IMG/VR virus record: IMGVR_UViG_3300045988_071636
Coordinates: 1 to 57,534 of that record
Length of the DNA stretch: 57,534 nucleotides
Direction: 5' to 3' (one strand)
Origin: a virus
In this document: positions 7,733 to 15,628 of the stretch, piece by piece
Layout of the letters: the number at the start of each line of letters is the position of its first letter
Numbering within the stretch: the first letter of the stretch is position 1
Program-made: the position numbers and the translations under genes
Notes under the pieces: generated by a model
The model's input: the letters and a program-made list of their open reading frames with translations, nothing else
The model's database searches: none
What the model was told of the DNA's origin: nothing

Positions 7733-7769
7733 GTCCCCGCTATCTTATATGAGGTGGCGGGGGCTTTTT
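7733..7769 (+). terminator. Intrinsic terminator closing the moron island
   Basis: Stem GTCCCCGC 7733-7740 / GCGGGGGC 7757-7764 followed by TTTTT. Confidence 0.7.
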
Positions 7770-7777
7770 ATATCTTT

Positions 7778-7828
7778 AGTGCCAAGTGCTTCATTGCCAA
7801 GTGCCGTATTTCAGAAGGTGGTGGCACC
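7778..7828 (+). promoter_or_regulatory. Late-leader element B: GTGCC box pair before the tape measure gene
   Basis: AGTGCCAAGTGCT at 7778-7790 and TTGCCAAGTGCC at 7794-7805. GTGCC 7801-7805 is complementary to GGCAC 7823-7827, adjacent to ATG 7829. Confidence 0.5.
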
Positions 7829-10800
7829 ATGGCCGTTGATATTGATAGTCTGCAAATTGAAATAGAGGCAACATCGAGTGATGCGGCGGCGAAAATCGAC
7901 GCATTGGCTACCGCGCTGGCTAGCCTGAAAACAGTGGCAAAGGGCGGAGCGGGGCTTACTACAGTTTCTAATCAGATGCAGGCACTTGCAAATGCGGCAA
8001 AGCTGATAAATAGCAGCAGCCTTAATACAGCAAAGCTAAAGGAAATGACAAGTGCACTTAACGGATTGTCTTTTATTCAGAAGTCCAGCGGCTTGTCCTC
8101 CACAATCAACGCCCTTAAAAAGTTGCCTCAGATTAGCGAATCCTTAGAAAAAGCAGATTTAGGAAAGTTTGCTGTTCAGATGAATCAGGTGGTGGACGCA
8201 ATGCGCCCCCTGGCTACGGAGATGCAGAGAGTTTCCAGTGGGTTCTCAGCTTTCCCGATAAGGATTCAGAAGATCATCCAGAGCAACACTGGACTGGCTG
8301 CTTCGAACAGTAAGGCGGCAAAGAGTTTTGGGGTATTTGGTAATGGCATCACAAGTGCGCTTGCGAAACTTTCCATTTATGGATTTACGATTAAGCAAGT
8401 ATATGGATATGCCAAGTCTTGGGTGACTTCTGCAACGGATTACATAGAGAATGTCAATCTGTTTCAAGTATCTATGGGTGAGTTTTACGATGAAGCGTTT
8501 GCTTACGCAGAACTCCTCAATGATAGGCTTGGTATAGACCCTTCGGAGTGGATGCGGGCACAGGGCGTATTTATGTCCATGACAAACGGTTTCGGCCTTG
8601 CCCGGCAGCAAGCATACGATTTGAGCGAGGGCCTTACCGAACTTGCTTATGACCTTAGCTCACTTTACAACGAAAGCACAGAACAATCCATTCTCCGTTT
8701 GCAATCCGCACTCTCTGGAGAAATCGAGCCTATCCGCCGTCTTGGTATTTCCATCAGTCAGGCAACGCTACAAGAGTATGCTCTAGCCCATGGCATCAAC
8801 GAAAGCGTTGTTTCTATGACGGAACAGGAAAAGGCATTGCTCCGAAGCCTTGTTCTAATGGAAGGCGCGGGCCGTATCGGGGCGATTGGAGATTTTGCCC
8901 GTACTCTTGAAAGCCCCGCTAATGCCATGCGGGTTTTAAGTCAGCAAATCACACAGTTAGGACGAGCACTTGGTACGGTTCTTCTCCCGATCATCGTTCA
9001 AATCATACCTTGGGTACAGGCGTTTGTCGAAGTCCTGACTGACGCTATTAAGACTCTTGCTATTTGGGTTGGATTTACGATGCCGGAATGGGATACAAAC
9101 GACTGGGCAGGTGGCATCGTCAGTGGTGGTGAAGATGCTGAGGATGCTATAAATGGTGTCACTAATGCTACGAAGGAATTAAAAAAAGCGCTTCTTGGCA
9201 TTGACGAGTTGACTATTTTAGAGCCAACAAATGCTGGAGGGGCTGGTGGTACAGGAGGAAACTCAGGATGGGGTAGCGACTTGGAAATCCCTAATATTTG
9301 GGATAAGGATGCAATATCGGGAATCAAAACAAAAGCCGATGAACTTAAAGGCATTTTAGAAGAAATTCTTTATGATTATGTTCTTCCAATCGGCGCTGCG
9401 TTTGCTGCGTGGAAGATATTGGGGTTGCTGAATAATCTCGGAGTCGCAACAAGTCTTGTTTCTGATTTGAAAAAAGCTGTGGCAGGTGGAATTATTGCCT
9501 ATTTAGAATTTAAATTAGTAAAAGGGTCTTTTGATAATTTCCTATCTGCTGATGGATCAATTTGGGATCTCATTAAGGCTGCTTTATATACCGCGATCGG
9601 AAGCGGAATACTTTACTACATGTTTGGCCCGGCTGGGCTTGTGGTTGGTTTAGGTGTAAGTTTAGTAGCATCAATCATTTCATTGGCAACTTCGATATCA
9701 GGTGGACTAGACTATAACGGGTTAAAAGCCAATATAATGAAAGCTATTTCGACTGGTCTTGGTGGGGGAATCGGGTTTGTATTGGGGGGAGCCGCTGGAG
9801 GAACTATTGGGCTTCTAGTTACAGCCGGAATCACATTTACAATAACGAGCATTATGGCGAACCTAAGCGGGCAAGTAGATAGTGGGACGTTAGAAAATGC
9901 AATTAACATTTTACTAGGAGCAATTGCATCCGGTATTTCAGGAGCTGCCATAACAATGCTTTTAGGCATAGCCGGTGGCCCAGTTGGGTTTTTGATAGGG
10001 GCAACAATAAGTTTTGTTGTGCAAGGGGTCTCAATGAATTGGGGCGATATAACTAGCTGGGCAAAAGAGTGGTGGTCAGATTTAACAGCAGAAATAGTAG
10101 GAATATGGGACGACCAAACACTAAGCGTACCAGCAAAAATAACGGCTATTGGGATGGCTATTGTTGGAGGGATTCTATCTGGAATTGTTGATGCAATTGC
10201 AGGGATTGGAACATGGCTTTATAACAACTTGGTTGCGCCTATTATTAACGGAGTAAAAAGTCTTTTAGGAATACACTCACCGTCCACAGTGTTTATGGAA
10301 ATAGGGCAAAACATTATAGAAGGTTTGTTACAGGGGATAAGCGGAACTTGGAGTTCTATTATAAATTTCTTTACAATAGAAATGCCGAAATGGTGGAACA
10401 ACAATATAGCGCCGTGGTTTACCCTTGAAAAATGGAGCGGACTTGTAAGTAGCATTGGAACATCCATTAAAAATGTATGGAATTCTACGGTTGGTCAATG
10501 GATAACGGATATTTCGGCTTGGTGGAACAATAATGTATCTCCATGGTTTACATTAGAAAAATGGACAGGTATTCTTAGCGGAATTTTAGGAGCATTTTCG
10601 TCCGTTTGGGACAATATCACTTCTGGGTTTGATAAATTCAAAAATGTTTTCAGTTCTGGATGGGATACATTTTGGGGCAAAGTTGGAGGAGTTGTGGCTG
10701 GAGCAATTAATGGAGTGATTTCAGCAGTAGAAAACGGTATAAATTGGGTAATAAAGAAACTGAACTCCCTTAGTTTCACTATACCAGATTGGGTCCCATT

Positions 10801-11173
10801 ATTAGGCGGAGAAAGATTTGGCCTAAACATTCCAACTGTAAAGCTGGGAAGAGTAAATTTCGAAATGGGGAGCTATGCGTTTGGCGGTTTCCCAGACCAC
10901 GGCGAAATGTTTATTGCCAGAGAACAAGGCCCTGAGCTAGTGGGCCGTATCGGGAACCGGACAGCGGTAGCAAACAATGATCAGATTGTGGAGGGTGTTG
11001 CTGCTGGTGTGACATCTGCCAACGATGGAGTAATCAATGCTATCTATGCCATGGCCCAGCAAATCATTTCCGCAATTGAAGAGAACAGCGGAGACGTTTA
11101 TCTGGATGGGGATAAGGTCGGAGAACGAGTAACGGAATACCAAAATAGGAAGAATCGCATTTTTGGCAGATAA
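7829..11173 (+). CDS. Tape measure protein
   Basis: 1114 aa from ATG 7829. N-terminal coiled coil, Gly/Ala/Ile-rich hydrophobic core and a duplicated WWNNN(I/V)(A/S)PWFTLEKW(S/T)G motif. Canonical position. Confidence 0.9.
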   Translation: MAVDIDSLQIEIEATSSDAAAKIDALATALASLKTVAKGGAGLTTVSNQMQALANAAKLINSSSLNTAKLKEMTSALNGLSFIQKSSGLSSTINALKKLPQISESLEKADLGKFAVQMNQVVDAMRPLATEMQRVSSGFSAFPIRIQKIIQSNTGLAASNSKAAKSFGVFGNGITSALAKLSIYGFTIKQVYGYAKSWVTSATDYIENVNLFQVSMGEFYDEAFAYAELLNDRLGIDPSEWMRAQGVFMSMTNGFGLARQQAYDLSEGLTELAYDLSSLYNESTEQSILRLQSALSGEIEPIRRLGISISQATLQEYALAHGINESVVSMTEQEKALLRSLVLMEGAGRIGAIGDFARTLESPANAMRVLSQQITQLGRALGTVLLPIIVQIIPWVQAFVEVLTDAIKTLAIWVGFTMPEWDTNDWAGGIVSGGEDAEDAINGVTNATKELKKALLGIDELTILEPTNAGGAGGTGGNSGWGSDLEIPNIWDKDAISGIKTKADELKGILEEILYDYVLPIGAAFAAWKILGLLNNLGVATSLVSDLKKAVAGGIIAYLEFKLVKGSFDNFLSADGSIWDLIKAALYTAIGSGILYYMFGPAGLVVGLGVSLVASIISLATSISGGLDYNGLKANIMKAISTGLGGGIGFVLGGAAGGTIGLLVTAGITFTITSIMANLSGQVDSGTLENAINILLGAIASGISGAAITMLLGIAGGPVGFLIGATISFVVQGVSMNWGDITSWAKEWWSDLTAEIVGIWDDQTLSVPAKITAIGMAIVGGILSGIVDAIAGIGTWLYNNLVAPIINGVKSLLGIHSPSTVFMEIGQNIIEGLLQGISGTWSSIINFFTIEMPKWWNNNIAPWFTLEKWSGLVSSIGTSIKNVWNSTVGQWITDISAWWNNNVSPWFTLEKWTGILSGILGAFSSVWDNITSGFDKFKNVFSSGWDTFWGKVGGVVAGAINGVISAVENGINWVIKKLNSLSFTIPDWVPLLGGERFGLNIPTVKLGRVNFEMGSYAFGGFPDHGEMFIAREQGPELVGRIGNRTAVANNDQIVEGVAAGVTSANDGVINAIYAMAQQIISAIEENSGDVYLDGDKVGERVTEYQNRKNRIFGR

Positions 11174-11193
11174 ATTTTAAATTGGAAGAAAGG

Positions 11194-11568
11194 GTGACAA
11201 TATTGGTTCTTGAAATTGATGGGTTTAATATTGTCCCTTACATTTCATTTGGAGGAGTTAAGTGGCAACGGTCTGACGTGGACGGGGAGGGAGCTGGTCG
11301 TACTTTGGATGGCAAGCTCAGAAGGAATCGGGTGGCAACAAAGCGGCGGCTGGATATTACCTGCCGTCCGCTCAATGCCGCCGAAACAAGTAAAGTCTTA
11401 ACGGCAATTATGCCGGAATGGGTATCGGTTCGATATACAGACCCTCAAACAAACAGCATTGCAACAAGAAAAATGTATTCCAATAACAACCCGGCTACGT
11501 TTCAAATGAAGCAGAGGAACGGAGATGAACTATGGGGAGGGATCACATTCCCACTGATTGAGGAGTAA
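11194..11568 (+). CDS. Small tail protein in the distal-tail (Dit) position
   Basis: ORF 11182 (TTG)..11568. GTG 11194 follows GGAAGAAAGG. First gene after the tape measure gene. Confidence 0.5.
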   Translation: MTILVLEIDGFNIVPYISFGGVKWQRSDVDGEGAGRTLDGKLRRNRVATKRRLDITCRPLNAAETSKVLTAIMPEWVSVRYTDPQTNSIATRKMYSNNNPATFQMKQRNGDELWGGITFPLIEE

Positions 11569-11571
11569 TAT

Positions 11572-12195
11572 ATGCCATACGAGTATCAAGTAGAAATTGG
11601 CGGAATAATGTATGGAATGGATAGCATTAAAAGCGCAAATATAAAGCAGCCGTTATTCGAGTATTTTGGAGCGGGGAATGCAATGCCTGCTGAGTTCCAC
11701 ATTACATTTATTCCTAAAGAGGAACCTCCCAGAATGGCAAAAATTGTACCATTCTGTAGAGAAGAAGGAGAAAAAGATTGGCATAAGCTAGGTATATTTT
11801 TTGTTGATGTAAGGAGTGAAGATAGACAGTGGAAAAATCTCATTGCCTATGACTCCATGCTGAAAACCGAACAAACTTACTTGATTAGTGAAGATGTGGG
11901 TGAATGGCCAAGGGGGATGAAAGCGCTTGTTGCGGATATAGCAAGCCGTATAGATGTAGAAATTGATAGTAGAACAGTTATCAATGAAGGTTATGTGGTT
12001 GAATATCCAAACGATTATACAATGCGAGAAATTTTATGCCATATAGCAGCAGCCCACGCAGGGAATTGGATTATTACGGCGGACGGGAAATTGTTGCTAA
12101 TTCCGCTTTTTACTGCAATGCCTCCAGAGACATATTATTTAATAGAAGACAGCGGAAGTGCCATAGTGTTTGGAGAGGATAGAATTTTGGTATGA
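11572..12195 (+). CDS. Tail/baseplate protein
   Basis: 207-aa ORF with GAGGAG RBS, tightly packed after the Dit-position gene. Confidence 0.55.
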   Translation: MPYEYQVEIGGIMYGMDSIKSANIKQPLFEYFGAGNAMPAEFHITFIPKEEPPRMAKIVPFCREEGEKDWHKLGIFFVDVRSEDRQWKNLIAYDSMLKTEQTYLISEDVGEWPRGMKALVADIASRIDVEIDSRTVINEGYVVEYPNDYTMREILCHIAAAHAGNWIITADGKLLLIPLFTAMPPETYYLIEDSGSAIVFGEDRILV

Positions 12196-13400
12196 ATAAC
12201 AAGTATTATGTAGGCCAAAAAGCATCTTCTTTTTTAAAATATGAAAAAACTCCTCCAGTTAGTAAAATCCGGCTGTTTTGGGATGATGAAAATGCATTCG
12301 AAGCTGGAGATGATACAGGATACACAATAGAATTGTTTTGCCCATCAGCTACACAGAAGATGGCAGATAATATTTTGAATGCAGCAAAAGGATTTGTGTA
12401 TCAAGGATTTTCGGCCCCTGGCTCAAGCCTAGTTCCAGAAGCGGAACTGGGGGATGGAGTAACGGTTGACGGTTTTTACGGAATGATAGCAAATCGGGAT
12501 ATAGAATTTGGCCCAGGGAATTTATCCGACATCTCTGCTCCAGGGGAAAAGGAAATTAACCATGAATATCCTTATTTGAGCTCAGAAAGTAGAGAACTAA
12601 AACGAAAAGTTACACTAGGGACTTCTTACTATGGCACTAAAATTACTCGAAAAAACGGATTAGAAATTACCAAAACAGATAATAGCGGTGCAGAGAAAAG
12701 CCGGGTTATTTTAAACAGCGATATTTTGGCCTTTTATAATGACGATGGACAGGCAGCACTCTATTTTGATGCGGCCAGTGGAAGATACATTTTTCGCGGG
12801 GACATCAACATGCAAGGGGGATCTATTTATTGGGGAGATTCCTTCCCTTACAAGTCCCAGTTTTCAACATCTCCGGATGGACCATGGCATGATAAGCAGC
12901 AAGAAGGAGATAAATACAGACGAGATACATATGATGGGGGAAAAACTTGGGAAGAGCCTTACCAATTTGTCGGAACAGACGGACGAGACGGTATAGACGG
13001 TTCGGATGCAAGTGTTACATTCAACAATGTACTTCGAGCATTACAAAGAGCAGAGGCGACACAAACAACATTTATTACAGCGGATGAGCTAGGGGCTCCC
13101 ACCATTTATGGTGCCAAAATTTATGGTGCAGAGATATATGCTGGCGGTGTAGATGATATGGGTGGACAAATTATTGGGCTCTTGGACACTGGGATGGTGG
13201 TATGGAACGGAGATGGAGAACGAGTATTAACTATTTCTGGAAATGCAGATACTGCGAGCCTTGTCACGGGCTATAACATATTACGATTTAACTGTCCGTA
13301 TATGTCGGTAGAAGCCACATCATCAGTTTCCTTTCATGGACGATTAGTTTCTTTTGATGACGTAAATGAGGTTTCAGGACTTTATCTGAGGTTTTCTTAA
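12192..13400 (+). CDS. Tail/baseplate protein with a short collagen-like run
   Basis: 402 aa with an ATGA overlap. GTDGRDGIDGSDA GXY run. Position in the tail module. Confidence 0.6.
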   Translation: MNNKYYVGQKASSFLKYEKTPPVSKIRLFWDDENAFEAGDDTGYTIELFCPSATQKMADNILNAAKGFVYQGFSAPGSSLVPEAELGDGVTVDGFYGMIANRDIEFGPGNLSDISAPGEKEINHEYPYLSSESRELKRKVTLGTSYYGTKITRKNGLEITKTDNSGAEKSRVILNSDILAFYNDDGQAALYFDAASGRYIFRGDINMQGGSIYWGDSFPYKSQFSTSPDGPWHDKQQEGDKYRRDTYDGGKTWEEPYQFVGTDGRDGIDGSDASVTFNNVLRALQRAEATQTTFITADELGAPTIYGAKIYGAEIYAGGVDDMGGQIIGLLDTGMVVWNGDGERVLTISGNADTASLVTGYNILRFNCPYMSVEATSSVSFHGRLVSFDDVNEVSGLYLRFS

Positions 13401-14548
13401 TGCTCCCTAAAATATATTCAGCGTTTCTCAACTTGACAAATGCATGTAACTTGGCGTGTCGCTATTGTTTTGTGGAACAGCATCCAGATATGATTTCCCT
13501 TCAGGTAGCGAAAGATGCAGCGGATTTTTTGGCCGCCAACGCGGGAGACGGGGTTCCGTCTATCAACTTTTTCGGCGGGGAACCGCTACTGATGTGGGAC
13601 GCTATTATAGTCCCGCTGACCGAGTATGTCCGGGATCGGTATCCAGCATATAACCTTTCTATGACAAGCAATGGAACTCTGCTGAACCAGGAGCGGGCGG
13701 AGTATATGAGGAAGAAAGGAATAGGGCTCTTGCTTTCCATGGACGGAGACAGACGGACTCAGGAGCGCAATCGACCGCTTCAGGATGGCGGCTCCAGTTT
13801 CGACATTCTGGGGAAAAAGCTTCCTTTAATTTTGAAATACTTTCCTGATGTGATGTTCCGATCTACGGTAACACCGGAGACCGCAGTTGACTTGTTTCAC
13901 GATATGATATTTGCAGAACAAGCTGGTTTCCGCACATTTTTTACTATGCCGGATAGTTTTGCAAATTGGGACGGCACTGAGCCACTGGAGGAGGAACTTC
14001 GGCGCTATTCAGAGCATTATGTCGAGTGCTTAGAAAATGGATGGGAACCAATCTACTTCACACAGATTGAAAAGTTTTTCCCCAAAATACTCTTGCACAA
14101 CCAGGCGATCCAAGAGGGGGCAAACCGCGCCTATACCTCATGTATGGCCTGCGGCAAGTGCGGACTGGGTTCTGGGCGCTATGCGGGGATTAACCTGAAT
14201 GGAGATATCCTAGCTTGTCAGGAGTTCTTTTCACGAGGCGATAATCCATTCGTGATTGGAAATATCTATACTGGGGTGGCAGATGAGGCGCGGAGACGAC
14301 TTATGCAGAAATACGATAGCGCACAGGTTGAAGGGGATGGGTGCGATGAATGCCCCCTGAACCGCATCTGTGATGGAGGGTGCGTGGCCAACAACTATAT
14401 TCGATCGGGGAGTTTCCACCATATGCCCCCCATCTGCTGTCGGTGGAACCGTCTGCTATTCCGAGAGGCAATCTATCTAATGGAGCGGCTGGGCAAGGCA
14501 AGAAACAAGCGCTTTTTAGAGAGGTGGCATATCTATGTTGCCAGATGA
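13400..14548 (+). CDS. Radical SAM enzyme with a SPASM/twitch-type C-terminal Cys clusters (anSME / peptide-maturase-like)
   Basis: CNLACRYC (CX3CX2C) at residues 16-23. GGEPLL motif. C-terminal CMACGKCG..ACQEFF..GCDECPLNRICDGGC..ICC. TAATG overlap with the upstream gene. Confidence 0.85.
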   Translation: MLPKIYSAFLNLTNACNLACRYCFVEQHPDMISLQVAKDAADFLAANAGDGVPSINFFGGEPLLMWDAIIVPLTEYVRDRYPAYNLSMTSNGTLLNQERAEYMRKKGIGLLLSMDGDRRTQERNRPLQDGGSSFDILGKKLPLILKYFPDVMFRSTVTPETAVDLFHDMIFAEQAGFRTFFTMPDSFANWDGTEPLEEELRRYSEHYVECLENGWEPIYFTQIEKFFPKILLHNQAIQEGANRAYTSCMACGKCGLGSGRYAGINLNGDILACQEFFSRGDNPFVIGNIYTGVADEARRRLMQKYDSAQVEGDGCDECPLNRICDGGCVANNYIRSGSFHHMPPICCRWNRLLFREAIYLMERLGKARNKRFLERWHIYVAR

Positions 14549-15467
14549 GCTGATCGAAGTACCGGAATACCTGAAGGGGGAACTTACCGGTGCAAACGTC
14601 ATGCCCATGTGCGACTTCTGTACGGAGATTGCCTGTGAGACAGATGGAATGGCCTGTGGTGAGACTTGCAGCCAAGGATGCCACGGGCAATGTACTGTGG
14701 TACAGTGCGGACAGTGTAGCGGCTGCCTGGGTGGATGCCAGATATGCGAATCATCCTGCCAAAATTCCTGTCAGTCCTGTCAGTCATCCTGCGAGTCGGC
14801 AGCGCAAAACCCTACCAGCTATGGTTCCATCACGGTGGGCGAAGTTACCAGCCATACTATTGAAGTAACGCTGAGAGCCATTTCAAAAGCAACATCTTAT
14901 GTGATCGCCTATCGGCCAGACAGCACGACTACTGCCCGAAATGTGGAAACTACGTCGCGAAATTACACGCTAAAAAGCCTCGAGCCTAACCAGAGGTATG
15001 TAATTAACTACTATGGCAAGAACAGCTACGGAACCGGCCCTTATATGCCTTCTCCGGTCTATGCCACCACAAGGCCAGAGATTGTAGTTGAACCGTGGTC
15101 ATGGACATCATCCAATGGGGCAGCGACGGACACACAGACCCGTAACGCCTACCAAATTTTACAGGGTAACCGGGCAGCAGATGACTTCCATCACAATGTA
15201 TGGAACGACTTCATAGACAAGATTGTGGAGATGCGAGAGGCATACGGATTGTTTTGGACGACGGACAGTGGGCGCTTTCCCTCCGCCTCCGGGTGCAAGG
15301 TGTCCGCCGGGGACACACTGACCGCCGAGATTTACAACGCGGCCAAGACCAATATAGGTTCCATACAATCTACCGGGATACAGGATGTAGATCCGGGGGA
15401 CGAGATAACCGGATACCACGTTCTTCACATCTCGGATGTTCTGAATGATATCATTGGAGGTCTGTAA
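14535..15467 (+). CDS. Cys-rich (SCIFF-like) N-terminal module fused to an FN3 domain and a tail-fibre-module C-terminal domain
   Basis: The start overlaps the rSAM stop (ATGTTGCCAGATGA) and has a GAGAGGTGG RBS. 16 Cys lie in residues 26-87, ending in CESSCQNSCQSCQSSCES. An FN3-like region follows (SITVGEVTSHTIEVTL...YVINYYGKNSYG). Confidence 0.8.
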   Translation: MLPDELIEVPEYLKGELTGANVMPMCDFCTEIACETDGMACGETCSQGCHGQCTVVQCGQCSGCLGGCQICESSCQNSCQSCQSSCESAAQNPTSYGSITVGEVTSHTIEVTLRAISKATSYVIAYRPDSTTTARNVETTSRNYTLKSLEPNQRYVINYYGKNSYGTGPYMPSPVYATTRPEIVVEPWSWTSSNGAATDTQTRNAYQILQGNRAADDFHHNVWNDFIDKIVEMREAYGLFWTTDSGRFPSASGCKVSAGDTLTAEIYNAAKTNIGSIQSTGIQDVDPGDEITGYHVLHISDVLNDIIGGL

Positions 15468-15628
15468 TGGATAGTCAAAAAATTATTCAAATGGCTGTAG
15501 CAATTAGAGAAGCAGCCTCTAGGATCACAGTATCTGGGCCAAACAATTGGACACAGTTGCTTGGTATTATCCACACAGCGGAATCTATAGTTACAGAGGC
15601 GGGGAAGGAGGGAGAACATGGCGGATAA
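15467..15628 (+). CDS. Hypothetical small protein (53 aa)
   Basis: TAATG overlap with the upstream stop. Its end overlaps tail fibre start 15618. Below the ORF-track cutoff. Confidence 0.4.
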   Translation: MDSQKIIQMAVAIREAASRITVSGPNNWTQLLGIIHTAESIVTEAGKEGEHGG

